Source: Thermoproteota archaeon | GTDB lineage: Archaea > Thermoproteota > Thermoprotei > Thermofilales > B9-G17 | Reading direction: 5' to 3' | NCBI GenBank assembly: GCA_029258885.1 | Contig: JAPDJW010000001.1 | Span: 1 to 64,000 of the forward strand | DNA length: 64,000 nucleotides | Part shown: piece by piece, positions 1 to 9,625 of the stretch | Layout of the letters: the number at the start of each line of letters is the position of its first letter | How positions within the stretch are numbered: the stretch's first letter is position 1 | The notes under the pieces: generated by a model | What the model saw: only the letters and a program-made list of their open reading frames with translations | Database searches by the model: none | Told to the model about the DNA's origin: nothing | Program-made: the position numbers and the translations under genes

Positions 1-1358
1 GCTGAAAATGCTACACCCATTCCATGCTCTTCAGCATATATACCTATTGCAGTCACATGCCATGGAATGTTAGGCCATCCAGTAGCCCATACTGCCATAA
101 ACTCTGCTTCTTGATTAGTATAGTTTGTATAATATTCTACAACAAGTGGATGCTCACTTACTATTCTGAGTCCTCTAAAGTTTTGACGCCAATTTCTATA
201 TCCAGGTAAAGCACTTTCATCATCTAATGGGCTGTCCGGATTAACTCTCTCCTGTCCAAAAGGCCATAAGGCAAACCAGTCGGCCAAAGTCATGACAGAT
301 CCATCATGATATTTAACTTTGCCTAGTATGTCTCCATAATTAACAACTATCTTTGCTTTAGCATATGTTCCAGGTGGAGCTGTTTCAAGTTTCTTTGTCG
401 TATAGTTCCAAGCATACCATGCATCAGTCGGCACCTCCACTTTATCAACAAACTCTAACTTTAGCCAGTCACTTGACGCTCTTGTATATACGCTTTTTTC
501 TACAACCATCGATACACTTTCGAAACGGTTAGGCATCGGAAGACCTGTATATGGGTTAGATATATAGTCAGGATCATTAAGTGTTTGTTGGACTACTGAG
601 TCATATACCCAGTTACTACCTGCTACCGGGTTCCATGGATCCACTAATACTTCTCTATTTGCAGCTCTTATAGTTCCTCCCACTTTTCCTGCAAATCTGA
701 TAGTTCTAGCCCATATTGGGTTGTTAAATCCGGATGAAAGATCTACTGCAACTTCTATTTCTTTTCTTGAAACGAATGGTGATATTTGGTCAACCAGCCA
801 TATTCGTACCGAGTCTTTAAGCTCATAAGCTATACCCTTTCTCATAAGTTCCATTCTTTCCTCCCATGTCTTCCATTCACCGTTCCAAAGTTTTAATGCT
901 ATTTCGTAGAAGACTGGATCTGGCTTGTATGCTTGCCAGAGGGGTACTGGGAATCCTAAGTTTGTATAGAAGAAACCATAATCTCCACTATCGTCTCTGC
1001 TTATTACAGTAGAAATCCAACCTCCCGTATACACATTCCACTGTCCTTCAGCTGGATTTCCGAATAACCATATAGGACTAGCTTCTCTGCTCGACTTATA
1101 CATTCTCTCAACAGTAAAGCCGAGCTTCTCAAGCTGTCCAGCTACATAATCACCTATTTGCTTTCTCTGATCTTCGATTCTTATTAGGAACCTTATTACG
1201 ACTGGTTTATCATTATAATACCATTTACCTTCTTTAAGCGTTGCTCCCATTTTACTCATTTCTTCATAGATGATTTCTTTTCCTTTTTCAAAATTGTAAC
1301 TATATTTGGCCTCAAGTAGCTTTATGACATCTGCCAGCCTACCATATTCTGGAAAATA
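1..1358 (-). CDS. ABC peptide/oligopeptide transporter substrate-binding protein (family 5), C-terminal part; 5' end missing at ~1358, 3' end runs off the window
   Basis: Hand translation is open from 1358 to 1 (FPEYGRLADVIKLLEAKYSYNFEKG...PWNPVAGSNWVYD...YHDG). In-frame TAG at 1361-1359, no N-terminal region. Not in the ORF track. Confidence 0.8.
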
Positions 1359-2370
1359 CTACATCATATCCTACAAATACTACGATAATGCAAGCGACCT
1401 AGTCCACCTGCTAGTGCATCCAAACGCTATAGACCAAGCCTATTATGCTGGCAATATTACGATTTATGCACCTGAACCCTGGATTAGGAAAAATAGGATT
1501 ATTACCTTAAAGCCCTACGATAACACCACCTTACCTAAGGTTATTGAGCCTGAGGAGTATAGGGGTTGGATATGGCTCGGCATGGGTACGGCAAATCCCT
1601 TTGCTAAAAACTATACTGGCTTCAACTATAAGACTAATACTACATTCAATATATATAACATTACACTAAGATGGATTAACGAGACAGATGGCAGCATTAT
1701 TGAGTGGAATCAAACAATAGTAGTGTCTACTTTAGCTATGAAAATTAAAGGAATATATGATATATACGGAGTTACGGTAGTAATTGAAACATTCTTTAAG
1801 CTGCTACCGCCTGAAGAGCTTAATTTAACACCACAGCCTCCATTCGGTGATGTAGCGATAGTGGCATTTGATTCGGAGAATAATATATTGTTTAAGGTGC
1901 CTATGGGTAGTGGTGTAGACGGCTACTGTGGAGTAAACGGAAGCATAGTTATATCTTCAGTTTACCTAAGGCATGACTACCTGACATTCGAAAAATACTG
2001 GGACGAAGGAACAAACTTAACCGTTGAATATAGATGGATTGCTCCACTGGGGGAAAACATACTATTTCGTGTGTGGGATAGTGACCTACTACGCATACAT
2101 CTAAAACCCTTAATACCATGGATAATCGGTAATATAAGTTTCAGTCCTGTTCAGATACGCTTTAGGCTTGAAAATAAACCGCCCGGTTTAGTAGCCATAT
2201 ACATTAGGCTGTGGAACGATACAGGAAGTAGATTTATAGGAACATTCTTATCTGATGATATAACGTTGAAAATCAACATTAACAAAAACTTACTGGACGA
2301 CCTGTGGATATACTTTGTTCCTAGCCAAACCACCAATGAAATAGTATACGTTATTCCGGTGAAGGTGTGA
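1306..2370 (+). CDS. Hypothetical surface/exported-type protein, probably 5'-truncated
   Basis: 354-aa ORF rich in N/Y/W/T with several N-x-S/T sequons. First ~17 codons are antisense to the SBP gene; no signal peptide. Confidence 0.6.
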   Translation: MASSSFMTSASLPYSGKYYIISYKYYDNASDLVHLLVHPNAIDQAYYAGNITIYAPEPWIRKNRIITLKPYDNTTLPKVIEPEEYRGWIWLGMGTANPFAKNYTGFNYKTNTTFNIYNITLRWINETDGSIIEWNQTIVVSTLAMKIKGIYDIYGVTVVIETFFKLLPPEELNLTPQPPFGDVAIVAFDSENNILFKVPMGSGVDGYCGVNGSIVISSVYLRHDYLTFEKYWDEGTNLTVEYRWIAPLGENILFRVWDSDLLRIHLKPLIPWIIGNISFSPVQIRFRLENKPPGLVAIYIRLWNDTGSRFIGTFLSDDITLKININKNLLDDLWIYFVPSQTTNEIVYVIPVKV

Positions 2371-2930
2371 AAATGAGGTTATACACTCTTATCATCATAT
2401 TAGCCATAATTGTATCATCATGTATAGTTTTAACATACTTTTTAAGAATGCCCTTATTTAGGAGAGATAACATTGAATTCGGCGATGTATACAAACTTAA
2501 AAATATGCTATTATCTGAAGGAAAAATTACTATAAATGTCAAAGCTACTATAAAGATTGTCAATGAATACATAGATATATCTGGGCTTCGAATAAAAGTA
2601 ACTCGTGTATATATGTTATTTCATGCATGTAATGCTCCTAGTATAACTTCGGAAATTACAGATCTTATAGGAGTTTATGCTAACCAAACATTCATAGGGC
2701 TAGTCACGGGATTGAAGATTATAGAATATGCCAGTCGGTATGTAGACATAATTTTCGTAAACTCATCCTTAAGCGGAAAAGTGGGCACCCTAAGATTAGG
2801 GAAACAATATGTAGTAGAAAAAATACTTCCTCTCTGGAATGGTCAGATAAAATATCATAACTCTACTTTATTTTCCTGGCAAGGACTGAGAATAGTTAGA
2901 ATAATAACCCTTTTTCTAGAAGATGACTAG
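2367..2930 (+). CDS. Hypothetical N-terminally anchored membrane protein (pilin-locus-like)
   Basis: Basic N-terminus then hydrophobic helix; GTGA overlap with upstream gene. Confidence 0.7.
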   Translation: MKMRLYTLIIILAIIVSSCIVLTYFLRMPLFRRDNIEFGDVYKLKNMLLSEGKITINVKATIKIVNEYIDISGLRIKVTRVYMLFHACNAPSITSEITDLIGVYANQTFIGLVTGLKIIEYASRYVDIIFVNSSLSGKVGTLRLGKQYVVEKILPLWNGQIKYHNSTLFSWQGLRIVRIITLFLEDD

Positions 2931-2975
2931 GGAGTTTTCATCTATGCTTATATAGTTTTTTATTAACAATATAGG

Positions 2976-3257
2976 GTGGAATCATTGATAGATGAAGCAA
3001 TTATACACATATCACAGATAATCGCAGCACTCCTTCTCATATCGCTCGCAATATCTATCAATATGAACGCAATACATAGCTACGATCTGCATACTAACGT
3101 TTTTATTAACTACATCTCCGGATTCATTAGTAAATGCAGCATGATTAAGATACTATTTGTAAGACCCACTAGGATAAGTTCATCCTATTCTAATGCAACA
3201 GTTATCGATATTTCAGTTTACAAAGATATACAGGGAACGGTGGGAGTTAGAATATGA
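2976..3257 (+). CDS. Small pilin-like membrane protein
   Basis: 93 aa with N-terminal hydrophobic helix (IDEAIIHISQIIAALLLISLAI). Confidence 0.6.
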   Translation: MESLIDEAIIHISQIIAALLLISLAISINMNAIHSYDLHTNVFINYISGFISKCSMIKILFVRPTRISSSYSNATVIDISVYKDIQGTVGVRI

Positions 3258-3580
3258 GGCATCTTGAAGCCATAATGATCGTCTTTATCTATGTTCTTTT
3301 CTCCGTTTTTGTTACGCGACTTATAGTACTAAATCAGTCGTTAAGCAATATCGAATACATTGAGGTCACAAAAGCCTTAGCATATTTATTGCTTGTGGAT
3401 AGCAATAGTAATCCTAGGGAAAATCTAATAAAATTGCTAAGCGATAACCCCTATGTCGTATTTTTGGCAGTGAATGATACTGTGCTATTGGATAAAAATT
3501 GTTCGTTTAGATCCATTAATTTTGTTTGGTTCACCGTAAATGGATCAGCATACGTGGTGAGGGTTGGTGTTAAGCATTAG
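3254..3580 (+). CDS. Small pilin-like membrane protein
   Basis: MRHLEAIMIVFIYVLF N-terminus; ATGA overlap. Confidence 0.6.
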   Translation: MRHLEAIMIVFIYVLFSVFVTRLIVLNQSLSNIEYIEVTKALAYLLLVDSNSNPRENLIKLLSDNPYVVFLAVNDTVLLDKNCSFRSINFVWFTVNGSAYVVRVGVKH

Positions 3581-4217
3581 AGGGCAGGTATTAGCCTTGG
3601 CCGTTATCATATTATCCATAATACTAGCTGAGCTGTCGATAAAAACGCTAGTAATAAGACCTGTGGTGGTTAACTATAGGGGAGAATTAATTAGCGCTGA
3701 AATTATCCAATTATCCAGAATCTATGTGGCTAACAGGAGCAGGGGAGGAAAAGCGGACATGAATTACCTACTACAGAGGCTATTAGAGTACAATAGGTCC
3801 TTAAATCTCGGGTTCCCCAATATAACTTTTGATGATGTAGGAATATTTTTCTTTCTAAACACGTCAGATTCGTATGGAAAGGGAGCATATGTTATCGTTT
3901 GGAACTTAAGATTCCGTGAATTTAACTATACTGTAATATTTAATGTAACTTGGTGTTTTGAAAAATCAGGATATTATATTAAGGATCGAGATGGCTTACA
4001 GATAATATATGTTAATTATACCCTTTTCTATGTCCACGAGTATTATGCTCCTCAGTGGGGAAGGATTGTTATCTTTCCAATGATTTACAGTGAAAGTGCT
4101 GATATATTATTAAAAGGAGATGGCATATGGTTCGTAGGCATTCCACTAAATTCTACTCCTTCAATATTTGATATATATGGTATTAAAATAAATATTGGGG
4201 GTAAAGTTGAAGAGTAA
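3564..4217 (+). CDS. Type IV pilin-like protein with class III signal peptide
   Basis: SIRG/QVLALAVIILSIIL fits the [KR][GA]-Q-hydrophobic prepilin motif. Confidence 0.65.
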   Translation: MVLSIRGQVLALAVIILSIILAELSIKTLVIRPVVVNYRGELISAEIIQLSRIYVANRSRGGKADMNYLLQRLLEYNRSLNLGFPNITFDDVGIFFFLNTSDSYGKGAYVIVWNLRFREFNYTVIFNVTWCFEKSGYYIKDRDGLQIIYVNYTLFYVHEYYAPQWGRIVIFPMIYSESADILLKGDGIWFVGIPLNSTPSIFDIYGIKINIGGKVEE

Positions 4218-4590
4218 TCTGATTATTTGGATTACTTTCATAATGCTAAATTTCCTACTTTTTGGTAGCTATCTAATGGAAATAAACAGTTTGTTAAATA
4301 AACATCACTATGATCTAGATCTGCTAATGCAAGATATTAAAATAGTCTTAGAAGCTCCTGGCAGCCGCATATCAAGAATTTACTTCCTACCTTATATAAC
4401 ATTAAGAGAAAATAAAATTATCGTAGATGAAAGGCTAGCCTATTACCAGTTTCTTTTTCCTCAGATAAATAACACTATCTATATACCTATAAAGATAAAT
4501 GGTAGCATAGTCTTGAGAGGAGTCGTTAAAATAACAATATATTCATATTCAAATAATGGAAAAGTATGGGTCGTGGTGAAGAAAACATGA
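4195..4590 (+). CDS. Small pilin-like membrane protein
   Basis: Basic N-terminus, hydrophobic helix, beta-rich C-terminus. Confidence 0.6.
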   Translation: MGVKLKSNLIIWITFIMLNFLLFGSYLMEINSLLNKHHYDLDLLMQDIKIVLEAPGSRISRIYFLPYITLRENKIIVDERLAYYQFLFPQINNTIYIPIKINGSIVLRGVVKITIYSYSNNGKVWVVVKKT

Positions 4591-4793
4591 AATTTTTGAA
4601 GTATATCATAGCAGTTTTATACGGTAAAAATTATAATAAGGAAATATATGATTTCATTAAAGAATTAAAGGCTATATCGGAGAGTAAACGAGAAACCGTA
4701 TCATTCGCTTCAACAATAAGGTTATTTAATGATAGTATAAAGTACATGAAAGTTGCTAATATGAAGTTCTCTTCTAATAAAGAAGTTTCATGA
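4587..4793 (+). CDS. Hypothetical 68-aa protein
   Basis: ATGA overlap with upstream stop; GGTGA SD at 4575-4579. Confidence 0.5.
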   Translation: MKFLKYIIAVLYGKNYNKEIYDFIKELKAISESKRETVSFASTIRLFNDSIKYMKVANMKFSSNKEVS

Positions 4794-5361
4794 CCTCGTC
4801 TACCTTCTTTAGTTCGCCATATATACTTCGATTAACCCGAGGAATTAATGCGGAAATTACGCTTTCTCTAGTTATATCAAGCCTAGAAATAGTACCCTTA
4901 GATAGAAATCCAATTGCACCCATTTTCTCCCCTATTTGTCTTATTCCCGATAACACTTCCATACCTTCCTCTATTTCTCTATATACTCCCTTTAAAACTC
5001 CTCCTATAACTTTTGTAGGAAATTCAAATCCCATGCTTACACCTATTGTAATGCGTTTCTCTTTGTCAACAATAACACATATCTGAAAATCCATATATCC
5101 TGAAATTGTACCAGGAAAATCTATTAAGCCAGCTTCTATCCCAATACCCCAATCAGAGTTACATACATTTTGTGCGTAGCATCCTCTCTCTATAGCCCCT
5201 TGCATAGTTTTCTTTAATCCAATCGGTTGAGGACCTACGCTAGTCCTTACAGAGCAGGATAAAATATCGGCTTTTATATTGAGAAGCTCTAATGCCTGCT
5301 TTACGGCTAACACCTTTACCGGATTTACACTACCTACTGCTACTCTGAGATCTTTTGACAT
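4774..5361 (-). CDS. Non-canonical purine NTP phosphatase (YjjX/DUF84 inosine-xanthosine triphosphatase family)
   Basis: VGSVNPVK, QP, GIGIEAG, GAIG, R..T motifs. Confidence 0.9.
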   Translation of the reverse strand: MSKDLRVAVGSVNPVKVLAVKQALELLNIKADILSCSVRTSVGPQPIGLKKTMQGAIERGCYAQNVCNSDWGIGIEAGLIDFPGTISGYMDFQICVIVDKEKRITIGVSMGFEFPTKVIGGVLKGVYREIEEGMEVLSGIRQIGEKMGAIGFLSKGTISRLDITRESVISALIPRVNRSIYGELKKVDEVMKLLY

Positions 5362-5363
5362 AG

Positions 5364-5990
5364 TTATGTATTTTCCTGGAGCTGAGTGATAACCTTTTCT
5401 TTAACTATAGGATGTTTAATGAGGAAAAACATTATTATGCTAGATACAAAAACATGTAAAATATTAAATAGAGCGGTAAAAATTAATGTTAAAATAAGAA
5501 TAGCATTGCTCGAGGATGTTGAAAATCCTAGATTTGAAAGTAATATACCGGCAAAGTGTAGAAATTGAGGCGCTATAATGAGTAAAACTATTATATTAGC
5601 TATAGATGTAACTATTACTCTAACAGTTATACCTCCAGTAAGGCAAATTAAGAATATTTTTTCTAGCTTGAAATTAGAGGATATTTTTTTATAAAACTTT
5701 GCGGAAATCCAGAATCCCGTTAGCATAGATACTATGGATATAAATTTCATAAAGGGACCCAGTACCCAGCCACGCGAAATTGATAGCATAATCCAGTGTA
5801 GAGTCTCGGCTACAAAGCTTGCTAAAAAGCCTTCTAGAAAGAATAGAATGACAATTGGTATCTCGGCTATGTCAAACTTTAAATAGGGTAATATAGGATA
5901 GGGTATCTCTATGCCGAGAATCGTTATTGCAACTGACAAACCAGCGAATAATGCTATATCCGCTATTTTTCTGGTCTTCATAATACTCAT
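5364..5990 (-). CDS. ECF transporter S component (RibU/PanT-like)
   Basis: Polytopic membrane protein with YLKFDIAEIP motif. Confidence 0.85.
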   Translation of the reverse strand: MSIMKTRKIADIALFAGLSVAITILGIEIPYPILPYLKFDIAEIPIVILFFLEGFLASFVAETLHWIMLSISRGWVLGPFMKFISIVSMLTGFWISAKFYKKISSNFKLEKIFLICLTGGITVRVIVTSIANIIVLLIIAPQFLHFAGILLSNLGFSTSSSNAILILTLIFTALFNILHVFVSSIIMFFLIKHPIVKEKVITQLQENT

Positions 5991-6301
5991 CGTTTCCTAT
6001 AATCACTTCGACTAAAAAATTTGTTGCTACAAACTTTTTAGTAACTAAAATTTTTCCTCATAATCTAGTTATCTATGTGTTGGTTGACATTAGGTAATTA
6101 TCTCTCTAAAATATCCCTATGGGAGGCATTATTTTATTAGTGTTATCATACCTCTTTTTAATCTTTGAGAGAGCATAATATATATAATTTAAATTAATTA
6201 CTCTTAACTCTAGTCCATCGGATTAAGTAGTAAAGGAGAAGTAATATAAATGAGTATTTAATAATTAATTATCTCGACTAAAACTTTTTAGGTGATAGTA
6301 T

Positions 6302-6562
6302 ATGTCTCTCAAGTTAGAACAAATAGATCAAGCAATTAAAATACTAGAAAGGATAGCAGAAGATACTGGAGTGCCAAGAAACATTAGAAGGGCGGCAAGC
6401 GAGTCGATAAATATGCTTAAGAGAGGAGATCTAACGCCAGGATTAAGAGCGGCAAATGCTATAGGAATACTTGAAGAGGTAACTCAGGATCCTAATATGC
6501 CGTTATTTGCTAGAACTGCTATTTGGCAGGCAATAAGTCTACTCGAGCAAGTTAAAGATTAA
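6302..6562 (+). CDS. UPF0147 family protein
   Basis: DTGVPRNIRRAA...DPNMPLFARTAIW signature. Confidence 0.9.
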   Translation: MSLKLEQIDQAIKILERIAEDTGVPRNIRRAASESINMLKRGDLTPGLRAANAIGILEEVTQDPNMPLFARTAIWQAISLLEQVKD

Positions 6563-6639
6563 CTGATTCTAATGTTTATAAATCCTTATATGACCTAATA
6601 CTTATTTACCTTAACGGTTTATTATGAAGGGGGTCTATT

Positions 6640-6894
6640 GTGATGCATACAGGTAAGACTGTTGCTTTCATAATGATTAACACAGAGATAGGAGCTGAAG
6701 AAGAAATTCTCAACAAGCTAAGGGAGTTCGAAAACGTAAATGAGGCATACATAGTATATGGAATCTACGACTTAGTAGTTAAGGTAGAAGTGGAAAACCA
6801 AGATGAATTAAGATCTGTCATCATGAAGATAAGAAAGCTGGAGAGAGTGAGATCCACACTTACAATTTTAACCATGGAGGGATTCCAGAAATAG
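6640..6894 (+). CDS. Stand-alone Lrp/AsnC ligand-binding (RAM) domain protein
   Basis: AFIMIN...VYGIYDLVVKVE...VRSTLT pattern, no HTH. Confidence 0.85.
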   Translation: MMHTGKTVAFIMINTEIGAEEEILNKLREFENVNEAYIVYGIYDLVVKVEVENQDELRSVIMKIRKLERVRSTLTILTMEGFQK

Positions 6895-8258
6895 GTAATG
6901 TTATCCATATAGGACTAGATGATATAGATTCAACTAAAGGTGGCTGTACAACATACCTAGCATATCACATAGTTAAACGTCTACTTAAAATAAAGAATGA
7001 AGTAAAGTTTTTAGATTACCCTAACTTGATAAGGCTTAATCCTAATATCCCTTTTAAGACGCGTGGTAATGGAGCAGTAGCCCTAAGGCTATACTTAAGG
7101 GATGAGAATAGCATCGTCTTGATCAAGTCTATTATAGAAGAGACGCTAGAAAAATACTTATTGTTATCGGGAAAAACCAGTCCGGCTGTAGTTATCCATA
7201 GGGGTACAGTAGGTTCCAGCTATAGGTATGTATACTTGAAGGCGCTTCACGATATCGTCTTATCCTCTGTTGCTAAGGAGATAGTTAAAAAAAACGATGA
7301 TCTCGTTATTATGGTAAACAAGGGACGCGGTATTATAGGAGCAGTAGCGGCTATTGGGGCTTACCCTCTTGTTAACTTTACATACGAGCTTATTGTTTAC
7401 AGAGAGTTTCAAGATAGATCTAGAATGAGAGGTATCGATAAGAATAGTGTGCTAGAGTTTGATAGAATTCATAGGCCTGAGACTTTCGGAAATTACGACT
7501 TTAAACACAGAAGAGTTTTAATAACTCCTCATGGTCCTGATCCGGTTCTTGTAGGAGTAAGATCCTGTAACTTAGAGGAGCTTCTTTCAGCATTAAAAGT
7601 CATAAGAGTAATAGATGGTAAAAGCATCGGAGAATTTGAATGGATAATTTTCAGAACAAACCAAGGCACTGATGCTCATCTAAAGCGGTCAAAAGATAAT
7701 AGTAAGTCGTATAAAGCAGTGTCAATTGTAGGATGGCTTAAAGAAAAGCCAAGAATAATTAAAGGTGGGCATGTAGTATTTAACCTAGTTACGCCAAGAT
7801 CTACTGTCATTACGTGTGTATCGTATAGGGAAACAGGCAGGTTACGGAATGTCTTAAGGCTATTAAAGCCAGGTGATGAAATAGAAGTAAAGGGTGGAAT
7901 AAAACCTTGGACTGGGGGAGTAAATCTAAATGTTGAGAAGGTAAGGGTTCTAAGATCACAAAAACACGTACTTCTCCTAAACCCTTTATGTCCTAAATGT
8001 GGCAAACGAATGAAATCTCGAGGAAGAGGTAAAGGATTTAAATGTCCAGCGTGTGGTTTTTCTTTGGATCTTTCTTCGAAAGAGGTGCGGCAATTAGAAC
8101 GTATAGTTATGCCCGGTCTTTTCATGTCCGATCCACTTGCATATAGACATCTAACTAAACCCGTGAGACTTTACGGACGACGCTTTAAAGACAGGCATAG
8201 GTTAATGGTCATGAGTAGTATTCTTATTGGCTACGGCGAAGAATCGCAAGATATATAA
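6891..8258 (+). CDS. tiaS: tRNA(Ile2) agmatidine synthetase; start probably non-canonical ATA at 6891
   Basis: Frame extends upstream of the ORF-track start through VIHIGLDDIDS..GGCTTY. Also RLNPNIPFKTRGN, TNQGTD, OB fold, CPKC/CPAC ribbon. Confidence 0.92.
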   Translation: MGNVIHIGLDDIDSTKGGCTTYLAYHIVKRLLKIKNEVKFLDYPNLIRLNPNIPFKTRGNGAVALRLYLRDENSIVLIKSIIEETLEKYLLLSGKTSPAVVIHRGTVGSSYRYVYLKALHDIVLSSVAKEIVKKNDDLVIMVNKGRGIIGAVAAIGAYPLVNFTYELIVYREFQDRSRMRGIDKNSVLEFDRIHRPETFGNYDFKHRRVLITPHGPDPVLVGVRSCNLEELLSALKVIRVIDGKSIGEFEWIIFRTNQGTDAHLKRSKDNSKSYKAVSIVGWLKEKPRIIKGGHVVFNLVTPRSTVITCVSYRETGRLRNVLRLLKPGDEIEVKGGIKPWTGGVNLNVEKVRVLRSQKHVLLLNPLCPKCGKRMKSRGRGKGFKCPACGFSLDLSSKEVRQLERIVMPGLFMSDPLAYRHLTKPVRLYGRRFKDRHRLMVMSSILIGYGEESQDI

Positions 8259-8303
8259 TGAGGAGAAAAGCGATATAATTGACTAGAAAACACGGTGAAT
8301 GAG

Positions 8304-8783
8304 ATGGGTATGTATAAATACATTGCAAGGCTGTGGAGAAAGCCGTGGAATGAGCCTCTTAAGTCTCTCCTAAAGGAAAGAATAGCTAAATGGAGGAAAG
8401 AGCCAGTGGTTACTAGAATAGAGAGACCTACTCGAATAAATAGGGCGAGATCTCTCGGTTATAGGGCTAAGCAAGGCTTTATAGTAGTGAGAGTTAGAAT
8501 AAGAAAAGGACCTTTAAACAAGCCACGGCCTAGATCCGGAAGAAGACCCAAAAGAATGGGCATCTACGGGCATGCTCCCCGAAAAAGCATTCAACTTATG
8601 GCTGAGGAAAGAGCAGCAAGAAAATACCCTAACCTTGAGGTGCTGGGATCCTACTATGTAGGTGAGGACGGCGAATATAAATGGTATGAAGTGATTCTCG
8701 TAGATCCCCATCATCCAGTAGTAGAAAGTGATCCCAAAATCAACTGGATCTGCGGATACTATAAAACTAAGAGATATAGATAA
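8304..8783 (+). CDS. rpl15e: 50S ribosomal protein L15e (short C-terminus)
   Basis: [34 protein letters not shown]; GGTGA SD at 8294. Confidence 0.95.
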   Translation: MGMYKYIARLWRKPWNEPLKSLLKERIAKWRKEPVVTRIERPTRINRARSLGYRAKQGFIVVRVRIRKGPLNKPRPRSGRRPKRMGIYGHAPRKSIQLMAEERAARKYPNLEVLGSYYVGEDGEYKWYEVILVDPHHPVVESDPKINWICGYYKTKRYR

Positions 8784-8805
8784 ATTAGTTCATAAAAATA
8801 TATGA

Positions 8806-9618
8806 TTAAATTTGTATGAAGGACTTTATGTAATTTCTATATTCATCTGCTACTTTTCTTGCTATTTCTAAGGCTTCTAAAATCAGGGAGGGCTTAAACG
8901 TACCACAAAGACCTTTCTGTAGGGCACAGATATTCCCATTAGAGGTTATTCCGAAGGTTAGTCTAGCATCCATTATCAGTTCCTCTTCGTATTCGGGATC
9001 TACAACTAGTTTGTCGCCTATCTTAGCGAAAGTTACCGTTACTGGTATATCTGTAATGGGTAGCTTTTCCCTTTCATCAAGTTTCTTTATTTGATCATTC
9101 ACCAATTCTATTTTAGGTTTCTTTGCAGTCAATAGAGCAGCAATTGATGCTAGCATGGATGCATCAATCAAATTTCCACTATGATTTAATGCGTATATAT
9201 CTATATATACAGCCCAAACTTTTTTACCGGGAATAATTACGAGTTTATCTAAGTCTATAGCTTTAACACTTCTTAAAGCTCTATCAATGACCCTCGAAAG
9301 CTCTACATCATCTTCGCCTGGCGGGCCAGGCTCAAATACCGGGGATGCTAAGGGGATAAGCTCAGCATTTACTATTTGAACCCCTTGATTTGGTGTATCG
9401 GCATAAGGGGTAACTATATTTAGTTTTACTCCAGCAATAACTATGGTATTGCCTAAATGAACTATCGCTGAGCCTTCTGCGTTTCCTATAACATCTGTTT
9501 CAATTTTTATCTTTCTTATTTCATCTAATTTTCGACCATCTAACCTTTCTCCTTTCTCTAACATTAAAAGTATAGTGTTCTTCTTCACTGTAGGTATTAT
9601 TTTTTCAGGAGCGCTCAT
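8806..9618 (-). CDS. rrp42: Exosome core subunit Rrp42
   Basis: RLDGR, GSAIVHLG, ELSRVIDR, GNLIDA; start moved to MSAPEK. Confidence 0.95.
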   Translation of the reverse strand: MSAPEKIIPTVKKNTILLMLEKGERLDGRKLDEIRKIKIETDVIGNAEGSAIVHLGNTIVIAGVKLNIVTPYADTPNQGVQIVNAELIPLASPVFEPGPPGEDDVELSRVIDRALRSVKAIDLDKLVIIPGKKVWAVYIDIYALNHSGNLIDASMLASIAALLTAKKPKIELVNDQIKKLDEREKLPITDIPVTVTFAKIGDKLVVDPEYEEELIMDARLTFGITSNGNICALQKGLCGTFKPSLILEALEIARKVADEYRNYIKSFIQI

Positions 9619-9625
9619 CACAACA

